A stretch of DNA of 64,000 nucleotides from Eledone cirrhosa (GCA_964016885.1 OZ024740.1:368032001-368096000); one strand, 5' to 3'; shown: positions 13,740 through 26,781, numbered from the stretch's first letter. The notes: generated by a model not told the origin, from the sequence alone. Program-made: numbers and translations.

Positions 13740-14224
13740 TGCGTGTGTGTGTGTGTATGTGTGTCTGCGTGTGTATACTGAAATATTGACACGGAACATT
13801 TAAGTTATATCAAATATAATGATAGATTACATAAATGATCCCAATTTATTTTTTGTTAACACTCTACTCCTATATTCTCTTTTATGTGCAAAACTCCAGT
13901 TGGACGTTGCTTGATTATTTTAGTTTTCATATGTCTACCAAAGATGTTGAACAAGAGGATATAAGTGAGACATGTTGAAGAAACCAATCCAACCCATATC
14001 CCTTACTCTTGAGAGTGGCCCATTTCGTTACAGTAAATATGTTGATTGATCTTGGAGCATGATGATACAGGTATTCACCACTTTAAGTTCTATCTCATAG
14101 ATATCAAAATTGACAGTGATTTCAACAAATTGTGATTTCCAGTTTGCCATGCAAGCAAACCTGTGCCTGCCACTGGATTCACCACTTTCCATCGATCCGG
14201 TCACCTTTGTTGCATTCATCAGAA

Positions 14225-14570
14225 TTGTATTAATATATGAAAACAAATCACCCAAGAAAAAAACATATAATATATATCATGTATTAAAATATCAAAATAT
14301 CAAAACAAATCACAGTTAAAAAATCATAGTTCAAAACATATATAATTTACAAAGTATCATAGTTCGAAATATCTAGTAACGAAATATCATAGTTCAACAC
14401 TTTTTCAACTATGTTATTTTTTAAAAACTATATATTTTGATATATTTTGAACTTTGATGTTTTAAATGTGATTTATGTTGATATTTTGATATTTTGATAT
14501 TTTAATAAGTGATATATATATTATATGCTTATCTTTGAGTGATTTGTATTGGTATTTTAATTAAACTCTG
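14225..14570. repeat. Degenerate AT-rich inverted repeat (MITE-like)
   Basis: aaatcacccaag...tattaaaatatcaaaatatcaa versus ttgatattttgatattttaata...tttgagtgattt. Confidence 0.6.
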
Positions 14571-14739
14571 TTGACACCTATAGTCTATGCTAACTGATAG
14601 TAAAATGTTAAATAACATAATTCACTATATGTGGTATATTACGATGAGAAGAAAATATTGCCAATGATTAAATGCCTTTAAATTTAAAAGATACATGTCT
14701 CTAATATTTAGACATCATATATATATATATATATATATA

Positions 14740-14880
14740 TCATCACCATCATCACTCGTCGACTACTGTCGAGATGATGGATCTTTCTCTCATGCTCCAG
14801 AATCCCCTGTCCCCCATCGCTGCCCCCAAGTCCTGTCTGCTGATTCCCGTATTCCTAGAGATAACGTCAGGGAATGACAG
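14740..14880 (-). mobile_element. 3' end of an RTE-like LINE with (GAT)n tail
   Basis: Minus strand reads DLGAAMGDRGFW...ISTVVDE* then gatgatggtgatg. Confidence 0.5.
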
Positions 14881-15032
14881 CTTCCTACTCCTAGTCAGGC
14901 TGGGTTCCAGAGCAAGAGACCGGATATGATTTCATTGCTGGCACGGTGACAGTGGCCAGCAAATTGAGCTCTCCGGGATTTTAGAAGGGCAGAGGCTCGA
15001 GGGAGTTTGCCATAGATTTTATATATATATAA

Positions 15033-15194
15033 AACAAAGAAAGTGTGGTAAGGAATCAGGTAGAGCATAACACCCCAGAGTACTCGATACTTAGGATAGT
15101 AGAGTGAGTAACATGAAAAGAGTCAGGACCACGACGGCTGTGCTCCGGCCGTTTAGACAGCTAGATCCAAACTAAAGTTAGGGTCTATCTCTTT

Positions 15195-15198
<4 letters not shown>
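15033..15198 (-). mobile_element. Family E short element
   Basis: Homologous to 19168-19340 and 19682-19811; flanked by TA tracts. Confidence 0.75.
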
Positions 15199-15252
<54 letters not shown>

Positions 15253-15258
<6 letters not shown>

Positions 15259-17247
15259 TAAAATAACAGATTAAAGTTTAAGCAAAGAATCACTGCTTTC
15301 ACCCTTAACGGGATCTTCTGAAACTAGCAGAGTCAATCTGTAAACGCAGAAGTGAATATTTCAAAAAACGTTGCAACCGGAGGAAGACAGGAAGACGATA
15401 CTTTGGTTCGTGGAAACGTTCCCTGGCAAAGAACGGGAAAAAACGAATATAATACGTCATTAATAGGAGCGGTGAAAAACAATTACGCGCAAAGACAGAA
15501 CCACGTTTATGGTATAAAAGAGGTCTTAGACAAATGTTCTCTTAGGTGGTTCATAGAGACGTTCTCTGGCGATGAACGAAAAAAACGAACATAATACGTC
15601 ATATGTGGAACGTAGAGAACAATTGCACGCAAAGACAAAACCACGTAAATAGTATAGAAGAAGTCGTAGCCTAAAATTCTAACTAGGAGACCGAATGAAT
15701 CTCCGCTTCAGAGTTAAGAACAAAGTAAATAAATACAGATGTAAAGGAATTACATAAATACATGCACGCATACAAATATGTACATACACAAGCATACGCG
15801 AAAACACTTACCATCGGTATACAAAACCACGCACATAAAATTATGTGTGTGTGAGTATGCGTGTATACAAATAAATAAATAATTAAATAAACGTATATAA
15901 ATAAATAAATACATATATAACCAGCGCACACACATACCTACATGTAAATACACAAATGTCGGAGACGTAAGTCAACCAAAACATGAAGTACACATATACA
16001 CACACCCTACATACGTACGAACCAGCATACTCACACAGACGCAAAACACCCGTATACACATACCCAAACCATATGTACCAGAAAATATAAAATTATACGC
16101 CATAACATATACAATCAAATATACGTACAAGAAGGTATACGTATCTTCACAAAACATACAGGTAACATATACTTACCTATGCAAATAAGTAATGGTATAA
16201 ACAAAACATATACTTAGCTACCACATCAAGACGTAAAATATCCACGTATAGATCGTACTATCCGTCAGGGTATAACGTGGGGCTGTAATGCAGGAAAGTT
16301 TTGTGCAATTTATGTTTACAAGCCGAAAATGCCTCAGATTTTTTTGTTTAAGATGTGGTCTGTGGCGTAGAGTATTTCCAGGGCCTCAGCGGCGCAGAGG
16401 TCACATGATCTTTTATTTCCGTTATACGATCTAGCCCTAGCTCGGATCTCGCAGTGTAACTTATATTGGGTGTGGTTGTCTTTTAGTCTCCAGATATAAG
16501 CTGAAAGTGACGTCATATTCCTTCATATAGGGTAACAAAAAGAATGGCTATGCACGTAAAGACGCTGCTTGAAACTATTGGCGGTTAACCCTATGTAGGC
16601 CCTACGGGACGTGGGTGTTTCAACCTTACATTTGTAGACAATGTTACTAGAGAGGCATTTCCCGGATAGGGGGCAATCAACCCGATTCCTACAATTACAG
16701 TTAGTACTAACTACAGGGTTGCACGTGTTCCTACGGCTAGGTAGTTTAGCTAAATTTGAAGTTGTGATGTTATGTGCAAGGTTACGAGTCGTAGAGTAAG
16801 AAATTTTAATAGTATTTCTATTAAAAATTTTACTATATTTATGTGTAGGGGAAAATGCCTCGTAATAAGGGAAATAAAGAGCTTAGCTAATGGTGTGGCC
16901 ACCTCCGTATTATATGGTGTGTTATACCAACAAATGCGACGGGTTCTATTTCTTCTAGGTCTATTTTCTTACTCTGTATATGCTACCTTATCAACAAATC
17001 CACTCCGAGCAAGAGCTTCATTGTAATAAGTGGAATGGTCGTTGAAAATATGCTCGTTAGTAGAAAGACGGGAAAGCCTAAACGAAACGTTTCTTACCAG
17101 GTTAAGGGTGAAAGCAGCGATTCTTTGCTTAAACTTTAATCTGTTATTTTAATAAATATTTGCTCTACGGTTCTTATATATTTGATATATATTTATCCTT
17201 ATCGAGCCGTCTTTGGATTTTAGTCTTCAAATTTATTATTATTACTA
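15253..17247 (-). mobile_element. Penelope-like element family A: 5'-truncated minus copy (15253-17100) plus inverted terminal arm (17101-17247)
   Basis: Decayed GIY-YIG region 16260-17100 (IVYKCKV..RAYIGLT..CDLC..ILNK); HHR at 15275-15325; (TA)n on both sides. Confidence 0.9.
15275..15325 (-). ncRNA. Hammerhead-like ribozyme, family A (CAGAAGA core)
   Basis: Minus strand: agttt CAGAAGA tccc gttaa gggt GAAA gca...tgc TT aaact. Confidence 0.7.
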
Positions 17248-17516
17248 TATATATATATATATAATGTATATATATATAAGTATGTATATATATATATATA
17301 TAGTTAAAAGAATAGAGGTGTAACACACAAGTTATTATATATTGGTAAACGGAATAGAAAATGCTGACAAATTGTTCACAGTTGAAAAATGGTTTAATTA
17401 GGAATAAAAGAGTATTAGTAATTGTATGGGTTAGTATTCAGTTGTGGTTTTAAGTTTTTAAGTTTTTACCGGTTGCGCATTTCTAAATGCTTTTCAAAAA
17501 TAATTTTGAGATAGAG

Positions 17517-17558
17517 TGTCCGTGTTGTTTGCTCTGATCAGAGCAAACAACACGGACA
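17517..17558. repeat. Perfect palindrome of about 42 bp abutting a TA tract
   Basis: tgtccgtgttgtttgctctga|tcagagcaaacaacacggaca. Confidence 0.9.
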
Positions 17559-17571
17559 TATATATGTATGG

Positions 17572-17602
<31 letters not shown>

Positions 17603-17670
17603 CATATATACATAAATATATGTATATATATATGTATATAAAAAATATATATTTACATATATATATATAT

Positions 17671-17902
17671 ATTTATTAAAATAACACACTAAAGTTTATG
17701 CAAAGAATCGTTGCTTTCACCCTTAACGGGATCTTCTGAAACTCCGAGTTTCAGAAGATACCGTTAAGGGTGAAACAGCGATTCTTTTCTTAAACTTTAA
17801 TCTGTTATTTTAATAAATATTTGCTCTACGGTTCATATATATTTGATATATATTTATCCTTATCGAGCCTCTTTGGATTTTAGTCTTCAAATTTATTATT
17901 GT

Positions 17903-17905
<3 letters not shown>
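17671..17905. mobile_element. Family A minimal foldback: two HHR-bearing termini back to back
   Basis: HHR minus 17693-17743 and plus 17747-17796; no coding sequence; TA flanks. Confidence 0.9.
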
Positions 17906-17964
<59 letters not shown>

Positions 17965-17967
<3 letters not shown>

Positions 17968-18500
17968 TTTGTTGGTTCATTACTGGATAGAATTGGTCAT
18001 TCCGTATGGTCAATCTTGATGTAATATTATGGAGAGTACTCAAGGTAGTGCAGTTCACCCGTCTTCGTTTGTGTAGTTGGTGGTGCTAATACGGAGTTAA
18101 TTATTATAATTAAAATAACAGGAGGCTGAACTGGTGTAAATCCTTGAAAATGTTATTATACTATGATCATTTCAATGACCGGGTTCCGTATGAAACGGGT
18201 GATATCATCAGGTATTCGAAATATAACAAAGGAATATATAAAATCCATGGGTCCGAAATCAGAGACAGGGAGGACGACTGACCAACTAGCTGCTTTCACC
18301 TCGGTCAGTCGCCCTCAAGTGATGGCAACTCGGTCTACTAATGACCATCTGGTGAGGGTGCGAAGGCTTATAATGTACTACCACCTCTCCGTCAGAGAAG
18401 AAAAAAAGAGAAGAAAGAAAGAAGAAAAGTCAGCGTACGGGTCACACTACAGTCATGCAAGAAGACGCTGCGAAAAATGTTATTCCAAAGAACCCATATG
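17965..18500 (-). mobile_element. Family D HHR-bearing element (PLE terminus-like)
   Basis: 17965-18300 is homologous to the reverse complement of 57020-57357; contains an HHR; right boundary uncertain. Confidence 0.75.
18158..18215 (-). ncRNA. Type I hammerhead ribozyme, family D
   Basis: Minus strand: atac CTGATGA ...stem II... GAAA tgatca TA gtat; palindromic stem III. Confidence 0.75.
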
Positions 18501-18985
18501 TTAACAAAGGCATATATATGGGTGTCTGTATGGTTTAATGTGTGAAAAGAAAATTGGAACGTTAACTTATGTTAAGAGTTATAGGATGAAATTAAATTAT
18601 AAGAAAATTAATAGAAAATTAAAGGTTTGCGTTGCGAGAATTATTTAATGAAGTTAGAGAGAGTCTTATATGAAAATGTTTAAGTGTATTTTAGGGATAC
18701 ACTTATAAGTGTATTTCGATAAGTTATCAAGGTGGGATATAGAGTAAAGATAGAAGCCTTCGATTGTAAAACCCAGCCAGCACCTCCTAACCACGTGTCA
18801 GCCAGTTTCGAGTACTCTAGGAACATAACTGCGATAGGCACCGAGTGTGCTAGCGGGAAGTCAACCAGCTTCTACAGGCCATCGTTTATACCAAACGAAT
18901 ACTATTGATTCACACAGGAGGGGTTTATTTACGTGCAAGCACAGGGAGGCATGATGCAGCTAACAATTACATGTATATATATATA

Positions 18986-19101
<116 letters not shown>

Positions 19102-19137
19102 TAAATATATATATATAGGATAAGAGTTACATCCTTA

Positions 19138-19167
<30 letters not shown>

Positions 19168-19169
<2 letters not shown>

Positions 19170-19340
19170 ACAAAGGAATTGTGGTAAGGGGCCAGATGAA
19201 CCATAACGCACCAGAGTACTCAATACTTAGGGAGGTAGAGTGGGAAATGGGAAAAAGCATGACCCCAACGGCAGGGCTCAGGCAATTTCGACGGCTATTT
19301 CTGGACTGAAATAGCAGCTGAAACGGCTAGAGCTCGGCCG
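19168..19340. mobile_element. Family E foldback element (long arm left, short arm right)
   Basis: 19250-19301 imperfectly inverted at 19308-19340; TA flanks. Confidence 0.75.
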
Positions 19341-19357
19341 ACGGAGTCATACTTTTT

Positions 19358-19423
<66 letters not shown>

Positions 19424-19427
<4 letters not shown>

Positions 19428-19811
19428 AAAAGTGTCAGGACACCGACCGCGGCCTTTTCGACAGCTAGGTCAAGGAGGACCTCTCCGAACTCTCAGGTCC
19501 CCAGGTGGTCGGCCTGCACTGATGGAACAGTGACTAGCTCGCTATCTCCACTGACCTAGCCCAGGACCGTCGTGCGTGGGCTGCCATGGTTCGGAATGCC
19601 GTCAGGACAAGGGAAGAAGCCGGCTCAACCCGTCCAGTGTGAATCTCAAAACAAGTGGAAGTACAAGTAAGTACTTCAGCACTAGCTGTCGAAACGGCCT
19701 GACCTCGGCCGTGGGGGCACTGACTATTTTCCTATTACCCAATCTACTACCCATAGTGTCGAGTACTCTGGTGCGTTAGAGTGTACCTGATTCCTTACCG
19801 CACTTCCTTCG
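19424..19811. mobile_element. Family E foldback with a central RTE-like LINE 3' fragment (about 19469-19680)
   Basis: ttcgacagctag / ctagctgtcgaa arms; centre reads DLAQDRRAWAAMVRNAV then caagt-type tail repeats. Confidence 0.7.
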
Positions 19812-19836
19812 CTCTCTCTCTCTCTTTCTCTCCCTC

Positions 19837-19924
<88 letters not shown>

Positions 19925-20364
19925 CATACATACATATACATATATATATATATATTTATTAAAATAACAGATTCAAGTTTAAGCAAAGAATCGCTGCTTT
20001 CACCCTTAACGGGATCTTCTGAAACTCACAAAGTCAATCTGTAAACGCAGAACTGGATATTTCAAAAAACGTTGCAACCGGAGGAAGACAGGAAGACGAC
20101 ACTTTGGTTCGTGGTAACGTTCGCTGGCAAAGAACGGGAAAAAACGAATATTACGTCATTAATAGGAGCGGTGAAAAACAATTACGCGCAAAGATAAAAC
20201 CACGTTTATGGTATAAAAGAGGTCGTAGACTTATGTTCTCTTAGGTGGTTCATAGAGACGTTCTCTGGCAATGAACGAAAAAACGAAGATAATAAGTCAT
20301 ATGTGGAGCGTGGAGAAGAATAGCACGCAAAGACAAAACCACGTAAATGGTATAGCAGAAATCG

Positions 20365-21166
20365 CAACGAGCGCATTTTCAACGACCATTCCACTTATTA
20401 CAATGAAGCTCTTGCTCGAAGTGGATTTGTCGATAAGGTAGCATATACAGAGTACGAAAATAGACCTAGAAGAAATAGATCCCGTCGCATTTGTTGGTTT
20501 AACCCACCATATAATATGGAGGTGGCCACACCATTAGCTAAGATCTTTATTTCCCTTATTACGAAGCATTTTCCCCATACACATAAATATATTAAATTTT
20601 TTAATAGAAATACTATTAAAATTTCTTACTCTACGACTCCTAACCTTGCACATAACATCACAGTTTCAAATTTAGCTAAACTACCTAGCCGTAGGAACAC
20701 GTGCAACCCTGTAGATAGTACTAACTGTAATTGTAGGAATCGGGCTGATTGCCCCCTATCCGGGAAATGCCTCTCTAGTAATATTGTCTACAAATGAAAG
20801 GTTGTAACACCCACGTCCCGTAGGGCCTACATAGGGTTAACCGCCAATAGTTTCAAGCAGCGTCTTTACATGCATACGCATTCTTTTCGTTACCCTCTAA
20901 GAAGGAATATGACGTCACTTTCAGCTTATATCTGGAGTCTAAAAGACAACCACACCCAATATAAGTTACACTGGGAAATCCTAGCTAGGGCTAGATCGTA
21001 TAAGGGAAATAAAAGACCATGTGACCTCTGCGCCGCTGAGGCCCTGGAAATACTCTACGCTACAGACCACATCTTAAACAAAAAATCTGAGGCAATTTCG
21101 GCTTGTAAACATAAATTGCACAAAACTTTCCTGTATTACAGCCCCACGTTATACCCTAACGGATAG
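20365..21166 (+). pseudogene. PLE C-terminus: thumb/linker, Cys-rich motif and GIY-YIG endonuclease
   Basis: WFNPPY, KISYS, CNCRNRADCPLSGKC, IVYK*KV...AYIG, LSAYIWSLK, CDLC, LNKKSE, CKH. Confidence 0.9.
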
Positions 21167-22076
21167 CACAATCTATACGTGGATGATTTCCGTCTTGATG
21201 TGGGAGCTAAGTATATGTTTTGTTTATTCTTTTACTTATTTGCATAGGTAAGTATATATTACCCGTATGTTTTGTGAAGGTATGTATACCTTCTCGTACG
21301 TATATTTGACTGTTATAGCGTATCATTTTTACATATTCTGGTATTTAGGGTTTGGCTATGTGTATACGGGAGTTTTGCGTCCGCGTGAGTGTGCAGGTTC
21401 GTACGTATGGTGGGTGTGTGTATATGTGTATTTATATGTAGGTATGCGTGTGCGCTTGTTATATACGTATTTATTTATTTATATACGTTTATATAATTTT
21501 TTATTAATTTTTTTATTAATTTTTTATTTATTTGTACACAAGGATACACACACACACATATTTATATGTGCGTGGTTTTGTATACCCATGGTAAGGTTTT
21601 GCGTATGCTTGTGTATGTACGTATCTGTCTGCGTGTATGTATTTATTTGTTTCTATTACTTCTGTATTGTATTTATTTACTTTGTTCTTAACTCTGTAGC
21701 GGAGATTCATTAGGTCTCCTAGTTAGAATTTTAGTCTACGATTTCTGCTATACCATTTACGTGGTTTTGTCTTTGCTTGCTATTCTTCTCCACGCTCCAC
21801 ATATGACTTATTATCTTCGTTTTTTCGTTCATTGCCAGAGAACGTCTCTATGCACCACCTAAGAGAACATTAGTCTACGACCTCTTTTATACCATAAACG
21901 TGGTTTTGTCTTTGCGCGTAATTGTTTTTCACCACTCCTATTAATGACGTATTATTCGTTTTTTCCCGTTCTTTGCCAGCGAACGTTACCACGAACCAAA
22001 GTATCGTCTTCCTGTCTTCCTCCGGTGGCAACGTTTTTTGAAATATCTAGTTCTGTGTTTACAGATTGACTTTGGT

Positions 22077-22127
22077 AGTTTCAGAAGATCCCGTTAAGGG
22101 TGAAAGCAGCGATTCTTTGCTTAAACT
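22077..22127 (+). ncRNA. Hammerhead-like ribozyme, family A (CAGAAGA core)
   Basis: agttt CAGAAGA tcccgttaagggt GAAA gcagcgattctttgc TT aaact; stems I-III all form. Confidence 0.7.
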
Positions 22128-22353
22128 TTAATCTGTTATTTTAATAAATATTTGCTCTACGGTTCTTATATATTTGATATATATTTTCCTTATCGAGGCC
22201 TCTTTGGATTTTAGTCTTCAATTTTATTATTATTATTACTATACATATATATATATGTGTATGTATGTATGTATATTTATATGTATATGTATGTACATAC
22301 ATATATATATATATATATATATGTATGTATATATATATATATGTATGTATATC

Positions 22354-22476
<123 letters not shown>

Positions 22477-22499
22477 GTATATGTATGTATATATATATG

Positions 22500-22865
22500 A
22501 AGGAAAACTCTGATATAACACCTGAAACTCTGATGGTATCCAATGATGTTGACTTGTTCTTCTTTTTGGTAAATATCATCTTGGTTAAGAGAGTGGGACT
22601 GGCTTTGTGCAGTGCCTTTCATCACTATAAAAGCTTCACGGCACAGGCATTGGTTTATATCTGGAGATCTCTCTGCACTTGTCGTCACATGGTACCATGG
22701 GCCCAGCACTATGTGTCAATAATTGTCACAAGTGTAGTGTTTGTACCAGAATTTTCAAGTCGCTGGCTGGACTAAAAGGTCACACGCGTTCAGCGCATCG
22801 GTTAGGGGTTCTCCTCCATGGATATAAAGTAGTGGCCGTACTCGAAAACGAGTTGGCAGCCACCA
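22500..22865 (+). mobile_element. Bipartite RTE derivative, 5'-truncated
   Basis: Near-identical to 12878-13266; reads [22 protein letters not shown]. Confidence 0.85.
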
Positions 22866-22887
22866 TATATATGTATATGTATGTATG

Positions 22888-22952
<65 letters not shown>

Positions 22953-23118
22953 ATATATATATATATATATATGTATATGTAGAGTTTATATTTAATTTGG
23001 TGGGATACAACAAGCAAAATATTTTTATAACTGATATAAATACAAGAGATTGCAACCAGAATGGTTGCATTTTTTAAGGGTATGTCAATATTTATTTATA
23101 AAACTAACCTATATTATA

Positions 23119-23180
23119 TTTTATCTGATGAAAGCGCACCATAATTTGCTCTGGTGGCGCTTGAAATATGTATAATGAAA
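23119..23180 (+). ncRNA. Type I hammerhead ribozyme, family C, within a ~230-bp non-coding element (about 22985-23225)
   Basis: ttttat CTGATGA aagcgc...gcgctt GAAA tatgta TA atgaaa. Confidence 0.85.
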
Positions 23181-23222
23181 TAAATATGGTTTTGTAATTA
23201 TAGTTTCCATTTGTTAATATAT

Positions 23223-23286
<64 letters not shown>

Positions 23287-23395
23287 AATGCGATGAAGTA
23301 CCAATGATTGTTGGCAAATCAGTGATGAGGGACTAATTTTATAATATGTATTCCATGTGCAACCCTGCAGCATTCTTCTCCCCATGTTTTTCATA

Positions 23396-23428
<33 letters not shown>

Positions 23429-23490
23429 GTGTGTGTGTGGGGGGGGGTGTATGTATGTATGTATGTATGTATGTATGTATGTATGTATGT

Positions 23491-23808
23491 ATTGACTTGT
23501 TCTTCTTTTTGGTAAATATCATCTTGGTTAAGAGAGTGGGACTGGCTTTGTGCAGTGCCTTTGCTCACTATAAAAGCTTCACGGCACAGGCATTGCTTTA
23601 TATCTGGAGATCTCTCTGCACTTGTCCTCACATGGTACCATGGGCCCAGCACTATGTGTCAATAATTGTCACAAGTGTAGTGTTTGTACCAGAGTTTTCA
23701 AGTCGCTGGCTGGACTAAAAAGTCACACTCGTTCAGCGCATTGGTAGGAGTTCTCCTACATGGATATAAAGTAGTGGCCGTACTCGAAAACGAGTTGGCA
23801 GCCACCAT
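23491..23808 (+). mobile_element. Bipartite RTE derivative, 5'-truncated, between (TATG)n tracts
   Basis: Near-identical to 22548-22865. Confidence 0.85.
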
Positions 23809-23819
23809 GTATGTATGTA

Positions 23820-24262
23820 AACGGGTAGGACCGTTCACCGCGATCGCGAGGGTACTCAGTCCGCTGCTGTTTGATGGCGCCGTCGTCGTCGGCGGTCTCT
23901 CAATTCAACAGGTCGACCGGCGACTGCTTCTTCGGCGTTATGATTCGCGGGGTGCCGGAATCGGACGCCCTTCCCCTTCGATCCGTCGTCGCGACCCGTT
24001 CCCCTCAACCTGGATGGCGTGCGGTGTTCGCAGGTCGCAGAGCGGCGTCTCGCTGAGAAAATGACCCTCCGCTTATGCCAGGTCACCAGGGTGCTACTGG
24101 TAACATGTATCCCAGTACAACCTGTCTCATGGTCGGGTCGTTGGCGACTAAACTGTCAACCCCACCAAGGTTTCTTGGTGAGCAGGGAGACTTTGGACAT
24201 CCTGCAGGACTAAAAACAAAACCTGTCAAAGGGCAAAGGAGTTCTTAACAGTCAATGGCCAT
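23820..24262 (+). mobile_element. GC/CpG-rich leader plus RTE-family 5' UTR segment
   Basis: 24113-24262 matches 12671-12820; 23820-24075 is strongly CpG-rich. Confidence 0.7.
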
Positions 24263-24264
24263 AC

Positions 24265-25700
24265 ATGTGTGCATATTTCGCTGTGTGATGTTTGGGGTTG
24301 GTAAAGTAGTCTCATCAAGAAAAGTCCCGAGCGTTCCAACTGTATATTCAGGCCCAAATGACGGAGAGCTTGTCGGGTGTTAGCTGTCGTCTTCCCATTG
24401 AAATGTTGTGGCTTTTGTTTCCTTATAGTATCCCTACTGGAATGTGTCCTCCTTGCACTTTTAGGTGGTTCCTTGCATTTCGGCATTTGGTGAGGGAAAT
24501 TGGGTAGCAATTCTCAATCAGTACTCTTTTAAACTCCTCCGTGTTGGAGAAATGGTGCCACCATGTTGCAGATCCGATTTCGTATATAGCATACGTTGCC
24601 TCTATGTGATTCTTATAGCAAAGACAAATGAAGAGAGAGATTCGGTGTAACCAGGTGCACAACTTCAAGGTTTACCTATACGTCTACCTTTTCAAAGACG
24701 TCAATTTTTGAAAAGTTCATTTCACGATGAAGCGAGAATCGGGATATCATCCACAGTCCATGAGTAAATGGAGAACGATTGGCAGGTGATGCTTGCTGAG
24801 CACTCCACTAATCCAGGTACCTGATGGCTACTAGGCCTAAGAGACCTGCCATCTTATTTGTCTTCCAAGTTTTGTGCATTATTTTGTCGATATTCTATTC
24901 AAACTTCGATCGGGCATCGGTCCATGTCTGTTCTTGCACCATTTGGGAGTTGTTCTTATGTGTCCTTACATTGCCATTGACGCTAGATTGTGGGATTGTT
25001 ATTCTTTCATGGTATTTATTGAGGTTAGGTTTACATTTTGTTATATGCGTCATTTATTTAATATGTCTGAAAATTGCATCGGTTCGATGTGTAAACATAC
25101 ATTTTATTTCCATCATTATCTGGTTTAGGATATAAGTAAGCTTTAACACATTTGTCATCCTTTTAACTATATTGCAATCTGATTCTCTTATGTAGTACAT
25201 TTCTAATTTTGCAGACTATATAGATGGTTATCTTTTCGAGTATATAATATTTATCAATGCAGAGGGTTTTTTCAAAGGCACGTTCTACTTATGAATGGAT
25301 TTCTGTTTTTTGTCTATTTTATTAATTTTGAATTTTACTTCTTCTCTATTTCTTTTTTAAATCTATCAGCCAATTAGTCTCTGGGTGTAACATCGACGAA
25401 TAACACACACAGGTAACTTATGTTGTGACATCATGGGTTGACCGTATCTACCATCTTCCGTATCATCTATATTCTTTTCCATTATTCGATCCTATACTTG
25501 GGATATGCTTCATTCACACCATTTCCTATAATAATTTTGACATTCCTCTGGAGGTTTTCAATACTTTGCATCTAATTCTTTGGTTGTAGCTGTGAAACTG
25601 AATGTGATAAGGTGGAACGTTTTATGGGCTTCTCTAATTCCTTAGGATCACAAATGCAGGACACGTTCTGTATTCCTCTTAACAAATCCGTTATCAAGAT
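24265..25700 (-). mobile_element. Old, heavily decayed LINE (CR1/L2-group-like C-terminus)
   Basis: Minus strand KCKEPPK...TIRK...LRHL...FL..L..QP resembles the C-terminal pattern of these LINEs; boundaries uncertain. Confidence 0.4.
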
Positions 25701-26371
25701 GAAATTTTATATTATCGGAAAATGATTAGCTGCAGTGAAGCAACTACTGTGAGTTTATGGGTGTAGCATAAGGCGAATGAATATTTTCACTCCGTTGGTC
25801 CTAGTTTCTAATCTGAGTTTCGTGTCAAATAATCATGCCTTCTTTATGATCCACTCATGTATTTATATATAAGAACTTGAAGAAAGAAACAGAATTATGA
25901 GACATAATAATAAATAAATATATATATAGGCATATATAAGTGCATATATACATATTATTAATATATTTATACTTAGAACCTTTCAAATGTGATGGTGTTT
26001 AGTAAAAAGAAATTATAAAATAATTCCTTGATTTCAACTTTCATTCTAAGATTGGTTGAATTTTCGACGTTTCATTTATTTTTGTTCTTTCAACTCATCA
26101 CTGTATTTCAATTTACATTAATTTAAATCAGCTTAAATATTTTTTTTCCGTATTTAGATTAATAATTGTCAGACAAATACGATGACGTTGTTCTACCAAC
26201 GTATCTATCTAGATTCAATCGATATTGGGATTATTGCTGTCTTGTCTGATTATAGATATAATGCAGAATACACAAAATCACACGCACACATACACAGGCA
26301 AACCCACACACGGCGCATTCACACACATACGCCCACACACGCACACACACACACATATATACATATATGTA

Positions 26372-26404
<33 letters not shown>

Positions 26405-26405
26405 G

Positions 26406-26448
<43 letters not shown>

Positions 26449-26538
26449 ATATACATATATGCATATATATATATATGTATGTATATATATATATTCTTGT
26501 ATATATATATATGTAAGTATATATATATATGTATGTAA

Positions 26539-26571
<33 letters not shown>

Positions 26572-26738
26572 ATATATATATATTGTTATACTTTGGGAGG
26601 GTCATGTTGCCAATAAGAAAAACACGCACCAGTAGCTTTCACTTCAATTTATTATAATAAATTTATAAATTTAGGAATTTATAAATTTCGGGTTGGTTGG
26701 TTGGTTCCACAACCAGATGGTTGTTTATATATATATAT

Positions 26739-26781
26739 GTCAAAGGTCTTTCGTCACACATTCTGTGACCTCTTCAGTGAC
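26739..26781 (-). ncRNA. Type I hammerhead ribozyme, family G
   Basis: Minus strand: gtca CTGAAGA g gtcaca gaatg tgtgac GAAA gacc TT tgac. Confidence 0.75.

Larger units (their letters stand above)
19954..22241 (+). mobile_element. Penelope-like element family A: inverted terminal arm (19954-20364) plus 5'-truncated plus copy (20365-22241)
   Basis: Coding remnant 20365-21166; HHRs at 19976-20026 (-) and 22077-22127 (+); TA flanks. Confidence 0.92.

Noticed and set aside
20795-20797. In-frame TGA at a Cys position inside the GIY-YIG motif, suggesting selenocysteine as in Naiad PLEs
   Set aside because: The sister copy (about 16628-16630, minus) has TGT; this element has a C-terminal endonuclease unlike Naiads; no SECIS seen. 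Simple nonsense mutation is more likely
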